Positions 9,963 through 19,587 are shown, counted from the first letter of the stretch. The stretch: 35,807 bases of DNA from a bacterium (GCA_041946805.1 JBHGBC010000051.1:1-35807), one strand, 5' to 3'. The notes: generated from the sequence alone by a model not told the origin. Numbers and translations: made by a program.

Positions 9963-12512
9963 GTGATGACGAAATGGATCGATCGGGCGGGAATCGGGCT
10001 GGCGGGGTATGGGCTCGCGGCGGTTTTGATCATGGGTTCGGCCGTCGTGGCGAAAGCGAACGCGCAGGAGGTTTCCAACCGGGAGCCGCGGGCGGGCGAA
10101 GTGAGTTACTACCCCGCGGAGGGAGCGGTGACGCGGGTGAATCCTCCCGGATTCGTGTGGCTGCCGGAGGCGGATGCCGAGACCTACGTGTTGCAATGCT
10201 CGGCCACGCCCGATTTTTCGGTGATCGGGTATGAACGGGCGGGGATCGAGGGCAACGTGCATTGCCCGCCCCGCGTGTTTTTGCCCGGGACCTGGTATTG
10301 GCGGTACGCGTTCGTGACCGCGGAGGGCAACCGGTCGGAATGGAGCGCGGTCCGGCGGTTCAAGATTCCGGAGGACGCGGCGGCGTTTCCCCAGCCGGCG
10401 GTCAGCAACCTGGTGTACCGGTTGCCGGAGGGGCATCCCAAGTTGTTTTTGCGTCCCGAGAATGTACAAGCGTTCCGGGAGCGGCTGGAGCAGAAGTTTC
10501 CGGATTTATGGAAGAAATTCATGGAAAACGCCGATCGTCAGCTCGAGGATCCGGTGACGCGCGACGAGCCGCCGGCCTATCCGGACGGGAAGCGGGGCGT
10601 GGGGAAGGAGAACATCGATCTGTGGCGCCAAAACCGTGTGTACGTGGTGAACGCGGTGGAGCACGCGGCCAACCTGGCGTTCGCGTACCGGCTGACCGGG
10701 GAAGCGCGGTACGGAGAGAAGGCGCGGGAATGGATGCTGGCGGTGACGGCGTGGCCGCCGGACGGGACGACTTCGCACCGCTACAACGACGAATGCGGCA
10801 TGCCCATCCTCAGCCGGATCTCGCGGGCGTATACCTGGGCGTATGGCGCATTGACGGAGGAAGACCGCCGGCGGGTGGTGCAAACCATGCGCGCGCGGGG
10901 CGGAGAGGTGTACACCTACCTGCATGACACGCGGCATCACACGGTGCGGCCGTACGACAGTCACAGCAATCGGGCGTGGCATTTTCTGGGCGAAGCGGCG
11001 GTCGCGTTCCAGGACGACGTTCCCGAGGCGCGGGCCTGGCTGCGGTACGCCATGGATATCTTCTACAACGTCTATCCGGCATGGAGCGACGATGACGGGG
11101 GCTGGCACGAGGGCGTGGCGTATTGGAACAGTTACGTGGAGCGGATCGCGTGGTGGCTGGATATTCTGCAATCCGCCTTCGGCATCGACGGGTATCAAAA
11201 GCCCTTTTTCAAGAACGGCGGCGATTTTCCCCTGTACGTGCTTCCCCCGGGGGCCGAGTTCGGGGGATTCGGAGACAGCGCGGACACGAGCCGGCCGGCC
11301 GGTTTCGCTTCGTTGATGGACCACCTTGCCAACCGGACGCAGAATCCCTATTGGAAATGGTACGCGGTGAAGGCGGGAGCTTCGGTTTCCAAGGAAAAGC
11401 CTACCTATGAGGACCTGCTGCGGGCGGACGATACCCAACTGCCTGCCCAGGAGCCCGGCGGCCGGCTTGCCTCGAAGGTCTTTCACGGCACGGGAATCGC
11501 CTCGTTGCACTCGAACCTGGGCCGTCCGGACAAGGACATCCACGTGTTATTCAAGAGCAGTCCCTTCGGCCGCCAGAGCCATGGCTTCAACGCGCAGAAC
11601 GCGTTTTTGCTGTGGGCGTTCGGGAAACCGCTGCTGATCTGGTCCGGGCACCGGGACTGGCACGGGAGCGAACATCACACGCAATGGATGTGGGAGACGT
11701 TCGCGGACAACAGCATCACCGTGAACGGCGAGGGGCAGATCAAGCATTCGCCCGAGGCGCGGGGGCGGATCATCCGGGAGTATCTGCATCCGCGGGTGGA
11801 TTACGTGGCGGGAGACGCGGCGGCGGCGTACGGGGGGAAATTGACGCGGTACGAACGGAGCGTGTTTTTCCTGAAACCGGACCTCGTGGTGCTGTTGGAC
11901 GATCTCGAAGCGCCGGAGCCGGCGAAGATCCAGTATCACCTGCACGCCTTCGAGCCGTTTGTGATCAAGGCGCAGTACGAGATCGAAGTGAAAAACGGCG
12001 CGGCCGCGGCGCGGATCGCCTTCGTCACGCCGGGCAACCTGGTGGTGACGCAGCAATCGGGTTTCACGCCGCCGCCCGTGGGCTATGAGTTGGAGCAGTG
12101 GCATTTGCGGGCCGAAACGCCGGAACCGGTGAGGCAGACCCGGTTTTTGACCGTGATCAGCCCCCATGCGGAGTATCACGAGGCGCAGGCCCAGTTCGAC
12201 TGGGGGAGAAGGGAGGACCGGGAGATCCACGCGTTCGAAATCGATTATCACCTGGTCATGATGATCTTCAATCCCGCGGGCCAGCCCTACAAGTACGGGG
12301 AGATCGAGACGGACGCGGCGGTGGTGCTGATGGACACCGACCGGCGGGACAAGGACGCCGCCCTGTTTTTCGCGGTGGACGCCGGGCAGGTGATCTTGGG
12401 GGGGAAGCCGGTGTACGCGGGCCAGCGGGGATTGTTCGCGGTCCAATGGAACGAAATCCGGCCGCCGGAGAAACCGGATGAACCGGACGATTCGGCGGAT
12501 GACGCTAGATAG
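9963..12512 (+). CDS. Secreted heparinase II/III-like polysaccharide lyase (DUF4962 + Hepar_II_III)
   Basis: Signal peptide, NPPGFVW N-terminal domain, HPKLF, YDSHSNR, GGWHEGVAYW, GFGDS, SSPFG..SH..QNAF, NSITVNGEGQ and GDAAAAY. AGGAGA RBS; start is 9963 (GTG) or 9966 (ATG). Confidence 0.85.
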   Translation: MMTKWIDRAGIGLAGYGLAAVLIMGSAVVAKANAQEVSNREPRAGEVSYYPAEGAVTRVNPPGFVWLPEADAETYVLQCSATPDFSVIGYERAGIEGNVHCPPRVFLPGTWYWRYAFVTAEGNRSEWSAVRRFKIPEDAAAFPQPAVSNLVYRLPEGHPKLFLRPENVQAFRERLEQKFPDLWKKFMENADRQLEDPVTRDEPPAYPDGKRGVGKENIDLWRQNRVYVVNAVEHAANLAFAYRLTGEARYGEKAREWMLAVTAWPPDGTTSHRYNDECGMPILSRISRAYTWAYGALTEEDRRRVVQTMRARGGEVYTYLHDTRHHTVRPYDSHSNRAWHFLGEAAVAFQDDVPEARAWLRYAMDIFYNVYPAWSDDDGGWHEGVAYWNSYVERIAWWLDILQSAFGIDGYQKPFFKNGGDFPLYVLPPGAEFGGFGDSADTSRPAGFASLMDHLANRTQNPYWKWYAVKAGASVSKEKPTYEDLLRADDTQLPAQEPGGRLASKVFHGTGIASLHSNLGRPDKDIHVLFKSSPFGRQSHGFNAQNAFLLWAFGKPLLIWSGHRDWHGSEHHTQWMWETFADNSITVNGEGQIKHSPEARGRIIREYLHPRVDYVAGDAAAAYGGKLTRYERSVFFLKPDLVVLLDDLEAPEPAKIQYHLHAFEPFVIKAQYEIEVKNGAAAARIAFVTPGNLVVTQQSGFTPPPVGYELEQWHLRAETPEPVRQTRFLTVISPHAEYHEAQAQFDWGRREDREIHAFEIDYHLVMMIFNPAGQPYKYGEIETDAAVVLMDTDRRDKDAALFFAVDAGQVILGGKPVYAGQRGLFAVQWNEIRPPEKPDEPDDSADDAR

Positions 12513-12578
12513 ACGGGGGAGATTCGATATATATTTCCCTTACGCCGTGAACAATTTCGAGACGATGGAAACCCTGCC

Positions 12579-14750
12579 ATGACGCGAATGGATGTCATAA
12601 AAGGCTGGGCGCGTTCCCGATGGGGGCGCGCGGCCGCCTGGGGCGCGGCGGTGGCGTTGCTGGGCCTGGCGTGCGGCCAGTACCGGTATGGCGAGCTCAA
12701 CGGGACGGTCCAGTTGGAGGGGCAGGCCAATTCCGAGGGGATCAACGTGTTCATCCCGGGGACGCAGTTCCGGGCGGTGACGGATGAGAGCGGGCGTGTG
12801 CATATCGTGGGCATCGCGCCGGGGGCGTACACGGTGGTGGCCCGGTACGAAGGGTACCAGGAGCACCGGGCGTCCGTGACCATCGCGTCGGGCGAGGCCA
12901 CGGTGATCGGTCCCATCCTGCTGGCCCCGGTGTATGTCCCCGCGGGGAGCCTGTCAGGGTTCGTCACGCTGGAAGGCAAGACCACGCACGAGGACATCAC
13001 GGTTTTACTGCTGGGCACGACCAACAGCACGGCGACCAACACCACGGGATTCTTCAATTTCGAAAAACTGCCGCCCGGGACCTACAAGCTGCTGGCCATG
13101 AAGGAGAACTGGCAGGCGGCGATCAAGGACGCCATCGAGGTCGTGGACCGGCAGGAAACCCAGGTGCCGCCGTTCCAACTGCGCCTGACCCAGGGCGGCG
13201 CGCCGTCCGAGCCGGCCCCCGCGCCGAATCTGGGCGATTTCATCCTGCAGGGATCGGCCTTCCTGGAAGGGGAGGAGAACCATGCGGGAATCCGGGTGAC
13301 GGTGGAGGACCTGCCGGGGAAGTCGGTGGTGACGGACGCGACCGGGGCGTTTTTGATCACGGGCCTGGACCAGGAGCCGCGCACGTTGATCCTGTCGCAT
13401 CCCGGGTATTTGAGCGAAAGCATTCCCAACGCGGCGCCGGCGCCGGCCACGTCGGCGGATTCGTGCGGTTTCATCACCCTGCAGAAAGAGTATCAGCCGG
13501 AAGCGCTGGGGGTGCTGCAGGGGCGGGTTTATCTGAGCGGGACGGCGGAGCACGCCAACACCACGGTGCGCCTGCAGGGGGTGTCGCCGCCGGTGTACAC
13601 CGATCCCCAGGGGCGTTTCAAGTTCGTGGGGATTCCCTCCGGGGATTACGTGCTGATCGCGGAGCATCCGGGGTTTGAGCCGCAACAGCTGCAGGACATC
13701 AAGGTGCTGGCCAACCAGGTGACCCAGGTGCCCGACATCACGCTCGCGGTTTCGGAGCAGGTGGCGGAGGAGGGGATGGGCGAGATCCGGGGGACCGTGT
13801 TTCTGGCGGGCGAGAACGACCACGGCGGGGTGACGGTGGCGGTGGAAGGGACGGCGCTCACCGCGGTGACCGGCCCGGACGGGACGTATGTGCTCCCCAA
13901 CGTGCCCTTTGGGGCGTATTCGCTCATCTTCACCAAGGGGGGATACAAGAACCAATACCTGGACGGCGTCGGGGTGGAGACGGAGGAGCCCACCGTGCTG
14001 GAGGCGGTGGTGCTGGAGAAGGATGTCGAGCCGCCGTACGTGGTGAGTACGTTTCCGCGCGACCGGTCCCGCCAGGTGCCCATCGACAAGTTCGTGGACG
14101 TGATCGTGAAGTTCAGCGAGCGGATGGAGGGCGGGTCGGTGAAAAGCGCGGTGATGATCGATCCGCCGGTGACCTTCGACGCGTATTTCGACCGGGAGAG
14201 CGGGTTGTCGGACTTCGACACGCTGCATTTGCGATTGTACCAGGGCGGGCCGAATCCGATTCAGTTCAAGACGCTGTACACGGTGGGGATCATGCCCGGC
14301 GCGCGGACGCCCAAGCAGGTGCCGATGGCGGAGCCGTATTTCTTTTCGTTCATCACCGACGGCCCCTTGATCATCCGCAGCATCCCCGGTCCTGGCGACC
14401 GGGAGTTCATGATGACGGTGACGCAGAAGTTGATGATCGAGACCAACGCGCCGGTGGATCCGGGATCGCTGGACCGGGCGTTCCGGATCCGGCCCAATCC
14501 CGAATCGGAGCCGCAGTACGAGTTGGCGCCCACGGAGACGGGGACGCAGATCCTGATCGAGGTCAACCTGCGGCCCAAGACCCGCTACCGGCTGCAGGTG
14601 ACCAATTCGTTGCGCAGCCTGAGCGGCCTGCGGTTCAGCAACACGCCGTATTACCTCAGCTTCCGCGCCCTGGAGGTCAGTGAGCGGGAATCGCCGCCGA
14701 TGCCCATCGAGGTGGATCCCCGGCTGGACACGCGGCCGCGGCGGCGGTGA
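12579..14750 (+). CDS. Probable surface lipoprotein: five carboxypeptidase-regulatory-like repeats plus two Big_5/SbsA-type Ig-like domains
   Basis: Hydrophobic leader ending LLGLAC (imperfect lipobox). Five repeats of GxVxLxG..TDxxG..GxY, then DVEPPYVVSTFP..VKFSERM and GPLIIRSIP domains. Confidence 0.8.
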   Translation: MTRMDVIKGWARSRWGRAAAWGAAVALLGLACGQYRYGELNGTVQLEGQANSEGINVFIPGTQFRAVTDESGRVHIVGIAPGAYTVVARYEGYQEHRASVTIASGEATVIGPILLAPVYVPAGSLSGFVTLEGKTTHEDITVLLLGTTNSTATNTTGFFNFEKLPPGTYKLLAMKENWQAAIKDAIEVVDRQETQVPPFQLRLTQGGAPSEPAPAPNLGDFILQGSAFLEGEENHAGIRVTVEDLPGKSVVTDATGAFLITGLDQEPRTLILSHPGYLSESIPNAAPAPATSADSCGFITLQKEYQPEALGVLQGRVYLSGTAEHANTTVRLQGVSPPVYTDPQGRFKFVGIPSGDYVLIAEHPGFEPQQLQDIKVLANQVTQVPDITLAVSEQVAEEGMGEIRGTVFLAGENDHGGVTVAVEGTALTAVTGPDGTYVLPNVPFGAYSLIFTKGGYKNQYLDGVGVETEEPTVLEAVVLEKDVEPPYVVSTFPRDRSRQVPIDKFVDVIVKFSERMEGGSVKSAVMIDPPVTFDAYFDRESGLSDFDTLHLRLYQGGPNPIQFKTLYTVGIMPGARTPKQVPMAEPYFFSFITDGPLIIRSIPGPGDREFMMTVTQKLMIETNAPVDPGSLDRAFRIRPNPESEPQYELAPTETGTQILIEVNLRPKTRYRLQVTNSLRSLSGLRFSNTPYYLSFRALEVSERESPPMPIEVDPRLDTRPRRR

Positions 14751-14768
14751 GGGGAGAGCGTCCGCGCG

Positions 14769-14796
14769 TTGACAAGCGGGGGGCGGCGAATATAAT
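14769..14796 (+). promoter_or_regulatory. Sigma70 promoter for rpsU
   Basis: Exact TTGACA (14769-14774), 16-nt spacer, TATAAT (14791-14796), about 85 nt upstream of rpsU. Confidence 0.85.
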
Positions 14797-14880
14797 GAGG
14801 CCATTCTCGACAGGATTTGGGAAAGGGGATGTCCGCCGCCGGGCGGCATCCGCAAATTTAAAGTAAAGGGTGTGATAGGA

Positions 14881-15072
14881 TTGGTTTCGGTTGACGTTCG
14901 AGACGAAGAGGACATTCAGGTCGCTCTGAAACGCTTCAAGCGGAAATGCATCAAGGAAAGCATTCCCCAGGATATCCGCAAGAACGCGTATTACGAAAAG
15001 CCCAGTGTCCGCAAGCGCAAGAAGCACCTGAAGGCCGTAAAGCGTCAAAAGAAAAATCGGTCCCGCGGGTAA
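14881..15072 (+). CDS. rpsU: 30S ribosomal protein S21
   Basis: ALKRFKRKC and YYEKPSVRKRKK signature in a small basic protein. TTG at 14881 fits family length; GTG at 14872 is an alternative start. Confidence 0.96.
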   Translation: MVSVDVRDEEDIQVALKRFKRKCIKESIPQDIRKNAYYEKPSVRKRKKHLKAVKRQKKNRSRG

Positions 15073-15128
15073 GACGAACGGTTGTTTGAGTCGAGAAAAG
15101 AGCCGGGAGATGATATCCCGCCCAAGAC

Positions 15129-15162
15129 GAAGGGAGGCCAATCGCCTTCCTTCTTCTGTTTT
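15129..15162 (+). terminator. Rho-independent terminator after rpsU
   Basis: Stem gaagggaggc / gccttccttc (one G-U), 5-nt loop, followed by ttctgtttt. Confidence 0.7.
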
Positions 15163-15218
15163 GAGGTTCTGTTGATTTTTCGTCATGAAAGAATTCCAAA
15201 AATGCGGGATGGCCGTGC

Positions 15219-15460
15219 CAGCGCCAACGGCGCTGTTAAATTAGTCCAGGGCTTCAGCCCTGGGCTATTGCCGGGACCAAGGCAATCCATCCCCTCTTCC
15301 GGAGGGAGAGGGCATGGGTTGGCGTGTGGTGATGATAAATCGGTATGGGTATCGGAATAGCCGCGCCATCCCGTAGTAGAAGCGCATACCCGTGGTTTAC
15401 TTCAACTAGCGCCCCCAAACGAAAAGCCCTCATTCCGCTCCCTTTCCCGGGGAGTGGGGA
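15219..15460. repeat. Cluster of palindromic repeats between convergent rpsU and pilin genes
   Basis: cagcgcc-aac-ggcgctg (15219-15235), the ccagggc..gccctgg palindrome (15242-15267), and degenerate CCCTC/GGGAGAGGG copies at 15291-15319 and 15427-15460. Confidence 0.6.
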
Positions 15461-15531
15461 TCGGAAAAGGTGGATGGTTATGGCGGATTTCACGGCGCCC
15501 AAGCCACCCGGCAGGATTCCTCGTGTAGGCA

Positions 15532-16095
15532 TCACGGGCCGAAGCGGTAGATATCTCCCCCGCTGCGGACGCCATTGCTGGAATCATAATAATGGAGAGG
15601 CATTCCCTGGGCGGCCTCGTAATCGGTGTCGGGACCCGCGCCATGGAGCACCCATCCGCCCTTCCGGTTTTTCTCTTCGGGAATCCAGCTGAATACCGTG
15701 CCCGATTCGCGTTGGGAATCCGCGTAGGCCGGATCCCAAAGGGGGTAGGCGCTGTCCTCGGGCTGGAAGAGGGCCCCCGAATTGCTGAAGTCGGCTCCTT
15801 GGCGGAAGGGATCCCGGGGGACGGAGGACATATACGAGACGGGAGAGGTGAGTTTGGCGAGCCGGGCGAAGCGCTGATTGGCCGCCGTATTGGGCGTGGG
15901 GGGGTACATGTTGTTGTCGAGGCGGTACGATTCGATGGCAGTGGCCAGGGACCGTTGATCGGCCTGGGTGTTGGCGACCTTGGCGCGCACCTGGGCATTG
16001 AGGAAATTCGGGACCGCGATGGCGGCCAGGATGCCGATGATGGCCACCACAATCAACAATTCGATGAGAGTGAACGCGTGCCGGGCCGCGGGCAT
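15532..16095 (-). CDS. Prepilin-type N-terminal cleavage/methylation domain protein (type IV pilin/GspG-like)
   Basis: HA|FTLIELLIVVAIIGILAAIAVPNF class III signal with E5, IESYRLDNNMYP, DPF, GAGPD. AGGAG RBS. Confidence 0.92.
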   Translation of the reverse strand: MPAARHAFTLIELLIVVAIIGILAAIAVPNFLNAQVRAKVANTQADQRSLATAIESYRLDNNMYPPTPNTAANQRFARLAKLTSPVSYMSSVPRDPFRQGADFSNSGALFQPEDSAYPLWDPAYADSQRESGTVFSWIPEEKNRKGGWVLHGAGPDTDYEAAQGMPLHYYDSSNGVRSGGDIYRFGP

Positions 16096-16286
16096 GGGGT
16101 TTTCTCCTGATGGATTCCCCTGTTTGGGATATGATTTCCGGGCATATAAGGATAGAAATTTATCGGTTATTCCAGGCCTTTTATGATACTACTTTATTGA
16201 CCGGTTTATCCATTGTATGTACGGCGAGGGAGCTAAGGATAGGCTTGATGGCGCGGGGGGACAGGAAGCTGAGTTATAAAAGAATA

Positions 16287-16399
16287 CCCTCACCTTTACC
16301 CTCTCCCAGAGGGAAAAGGGAGATGTGTGCGGGGCGGCAAGCATGCGCCCCGGCATGATACCCTCACCCCCGGCCCCTCTTCCATGAAGGGAGAGGGGA
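16287..16399. repeat. Two tandem CCCTCACC..GGGAGAGGG repeats
   Basis: Copies at 16287-16321 and 16361-16399, with a ggggc..gcccc palindrome between them. Confidence 0.75.
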
Positions 16400-16510
16400 G
16401 AAGTTGCTGGGGTAGGGTGCGCCGCACAGGGAACATAAGCGGGGAGGGTGCAGAACTAAGATTCACGTTCAGGCGGATCAATTGGAACACACCGGGCAAG
16501 GAGTTGCAAC

Positions 16511-19138
16511 GTGAAGTCACAATGGGTTGGTTTTAGGGGATTCCTCACCGGGATACTCTTGCTGATGGGCGGGGCAGCCGGATTCGCGGCGGATTTCGAC
16601 ATTATTATCAATGAGATTATGTATAATCCGCCGGGCGATTGTTCGCGCGCGGAGTTTATTGAGTTGTACAACCGGGGAACCGAATCCGTGAATCTCGGGG
16701 GGTGGTTTCTCCACGGGGGGGTGCGGTTCACATTCCCGGAGGGATGGATACTGGCGCCGGGCGCGTATGCGGTGGCGGCTGAGGACCTTCCGGCGTTCCA
16801 GGCGGCGTATGGCAACGTAAATGCCCTTGTGACCGGCCCTTACGAGAGAACCTTGAGCAACCAGGGGGAGGGCGTCGAGTTGCTCAATGCGGCCCGGGAA
16901 ACGATCGATTACGTGCGATGGGAAGAGACGGTTCCCTGGCCGGTCCAGGCGGACGGTCTGGGCAGCTCGCTGGAGTTGATCAATCCCGGCTTGGATAACG
17001 CGGAGCCGGGGGCGTGGCGGGCGTCGTCCGGATCGGTCAACCGATATCAAACCCCGGAGTATCGTTTCGAGAATCCGGTGAACACGGCCACGCCCGGACG
17101 GCGGAACTCCACTTTCACGGAGATAATCCCTCCTTTTATTTATCATGTCCGGCATACACCCTTCTCACCCAAACATACGGACGCCATCGTGGTGACGGCT
17201 GAGATCCATGGCCCGGACCCAATACGGCTGGTGACTCTGGCTTATCAGGTGGTTTTACCGGGGCAGTATATCCGGCTTTCCGCCCCGGAATATCAGACGA
17301 ATTGGGTCACGGTGGCGATGCGGGACGACGGGGCGGCGCCGGACCAGACGGCGGGCGATTTGATCTTTACCGGAGTGATACCCGCGCAGAGCCACCGGAC
17401 GCTGGTGCGGTACAAGGTCCAGGCGGAGGGCGGCGGCGGAGCGAAGGCGGTGGCGCCTTATCCCAATGATCCCGAGCCGAATTTCGCGTGTTACGTGTAT
17501 GACGGCGTGCCCCCCTACAAGGTCACCAAGCCCGTGATCCGCGAACACACCGTGTTAGAAAAAGTGCCGGTGTATCATCTCATCTCGCGCGCGGATGATA
17601 TCCGCCAGTGTGAGATGATCCGCATCGACGACCGGGCGGAGCGGCGCGAATTCCGGTGGTACGGGACCTTTGTTTACAACGGGGAGGTGTTTGATCACAT
17701 CCGCTATCGGCTGCGGGGTGGGGTATGGCGTTATTCGTTCAACAAGCGGATGTGGAAACTGCGGATGAACAAGGGGCACGATTTTTTAGGGCGCTTCAAT
17801 GACGGCACGCCCAATCCGGTCCCGCGGCGGACGATCAATTTGAATTCCCTTTCGCAAAACATGATGGTGGACGTTCCGCACCGGGGCGAATTGGGTTTTT
17901 TCGAAGCCACGGCGTTTTGGCTGTTCCGTATGGCGGGATGTCCCAGCCCGTACACGACCTGGGTGCATTTCCGGATCGTGGACGATGAAAGCGAGGAGGG
18001 ACGGGACCAGTTCAAGGGGGATTTTTACGGGCTGTTTCTGGATGTGGAATCGCCGGATGAACGCTTTCTGGAAGCGCATGGGTATAATCCCGAGTCCAAT
18101 CTCTACAAGATGAACAACGGGTGGACGGCGGACGGCAAGAAATGGGAGAAGGAGAGCAACAACTGCGAACCGGAGGATGATTCCGACATCCAGGAGTTTT
18201 ATAACGGGTATAACCGGCAAGGAATCAAATACTTGGAGCAGAACCTGGATCTCGAGGAATACCTCTCGTACCGGTGCATATTGGAGGCGGTGCATCATTA
18301 TGATGTCTATGCGGAAAAGAATTATTACTACTACCATAACGCCGAGACGGGATTGTGGGAGGTCATGCCCTGGGATCTGGATTTGACCTTCGGATCGGAT
18401 CATGGCAACGGGCGGGAACCGTTCCGGGACCAGGTGGTGGGAGACATTTCTTCCCGTTCACCCAAGGATGGAAAATACGCCAAGGAATACCGGAACCGGA
18501 TGCGGGAGATACTGCAACTTCTTTATAATGAAGAAGTTTTGTTTCCGATCTTGGATGCCTGGGAAAGCACGATCGCGGAAATCGCGGCGGCCGACCTGGA
18601 CCGCTGGGATTTGTATCAACCGGCGGACGCGTCACCATCCAAGAGCCGTTATCAGCCCTTGGAGGTCCGGTTGCAGGAGATGAAGGATTGGATCATCCGC
18701 CGGATCAACACGACCTACAACGATCAGGGCAACGATGGTTCGCATTATATCCGGGCTTTGAAGGAGATGGCGTACGATCCGGATATTCCCAATAAGCCCG
18801 TGCTTCAAATTCTGTCAGAAGGTTTGAACGTGGAACCCGTCCGGCCGTTTGAGATCACGGCGTCGGCCTATTCCGATCCCGGGGGGGATGCGCACCGGGC
18901 CTCGCGTTGGATCCTGACGCAAAGCGGGCGGCTGGAGATCCAGCCGGATTGGGACAGCGGCGTCACCCAGCAAAACCGGACAAAAATCGTGATCGATCCC
19001 CGTCATTTGATCCCCGGCCGGACCTACCGGGCGCGCGTGAAATACCAGGATATCACGGGCCGGTGGAGCGAATGGTCGGAGCCGGCGCGGATCCAGGTGG
19101 AGGAAACGGCCGGGATGGAGGACTGGCCGGCTTATTGA
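16511..19138 (+). CDS. Secreted lamin-tail-domain + CotH kinase family protein
   Basis: Signal peptide; LTD motifs IIINEIMYNP, EFIELYNRG, ADGLGSSLEL, TPGRRNS; CotH motifs RLRGG, YD..KNYYYY, PWDLDLTFG. AAGGAG RBS before the GTG. Confidence 0.9.
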   Translation: MKSQWVGFRGFLTGILLLMGGAAGFAADFDIIINEIMYNPPGDCSRAEFIELYNRGTESVNLGGWFLHGGVRFTFPEGWILAPGAYAVAAEDLPAFQAAYGNVNALVTGPYERTLSNQGEGVELLNAARETIDYVRWEETVPWPVQADGLGSSLELINPGLDNAEPGAWRASSGSVNRYQTPEYRFENPVNTATPGRRNSTFTEIIPPFIYHVRHTPFSPKHTDAIVVTAEIHGPDPIRLVTLAYQVVLPGQYIRLSAPEYQTNWVTVAMRDDGAAPDQTAGDLIFTGVIPAQSHRTLVRYKVQAEGGGGAKAVAPYPNDPEPNFACYVYDGVPPYKVTKPVIREHTVLEKVPVYHLISRADDIRQCEMIRIDDRAERREFRWYGTFVYNGEVFDHIRYRLRGGVWRYSFNKRMWKLRMNKGHDFLGRFNDGTPNPVPRRTINLNSLSQNMMVDVPHRGELGFFEATAFWLFRMAGCPSPYTTWVHFRIVDDESEEGRDQFKGDFYGLFLDVESPDERFLEAHGYNPESNLYKMNNGWTADGKKWEKESNNCEPEDDSDIQEFYNGYNRQGIKYLEQNLDLEEYLSYRCILEAVHHYDVYAEKNYYYYHNAETGLWEVMPWDLDLTFGSDHGNGREPFRDQVVGDISSRSPKDGKYAKEYRNRMREILQLLYNEEVLFPILDAWESTIAEIAAADLDRWDLYQPADASPSKSRYQPLEVRLQEMKDWIIRRINTTYNDQGNDGSHYIRALKEMAYDPDIPNKPVLQILSEGLNVEPVRPFEITASAYSDPGGDAHRASRWILTQSGRLEIQPDWDSGVTQQNRTKIVIDPRHLIPGRTYRARVKYQDITGRWSEWSEPARIQVEETAGMEDWPAY

Positions 19139-19328
19139 TCCCCTTGATCCCCGCAAAGGAATATCGTCTCATTCCAGGGATGTCCTCTCCACAAATGGAG
19201 CGGGATTCGTTATGATCGGGAGGAAAGCCTTTATATAAGATTTTCCTGAAGGGTCCGCCGGAAACGAAAAATCCGGGATGAGGCGGAGAAAGGAGGGACA
19301 TATACAGGGCCGCGTGATATTTTAAGGG

Positions 19329-19440
19329 TTGGCAAACGGCCGCTGTCATTCGGCTGTTTTGCCAAAGAAATTTGGGTACTTCTTCGGCCTTTCCGATATT
19401 AAAATAGAGGAGCATCGGAAGTTGAGGAGTGCCCAAATTT
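19329..19440 (+). other. Two adjacent long imperfect hairpins (candidate structured RNA)
   Basis: ttggcaaacggccg..cggctgttttgccaa (19329-19365) and aaatttgggtacttct..ttccgat..atcggaa..agtgcccaaattt (19368-19440). Several mismatches resolve as G-U pairs on the + strand. Confidence 0.4.
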
Positions 19441-19587
19441 TCATTTAAATGGTGGAGTGGGAAACGCCTGCCATTGCCCGGAGGCGGGAGGGAGAGGGGG
19501 AGAGGTCTGTCTCGGGAGAGAGGGGAAAGCCACGGACCGGCGGAGGGGGGCTTCCGCGGCCGATAGCCAAGTGGGAGCCGAATCACG

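Noticed and set aside
13005..14915. 636-aa minus-strand ORF and similar Arg/His/Pro-rich ORFs across the window
   Set aside because: Off-frame or antisense to well-supported genes, with no motifs and unnatural composition.
19329..19365. c-di-GMP-I riboswitch suggested by GGCAAAC
   Set aside because: No GNRA-capped P2 or following GACGCAAAG-like segment; the motif simply pairs within a hairpin.
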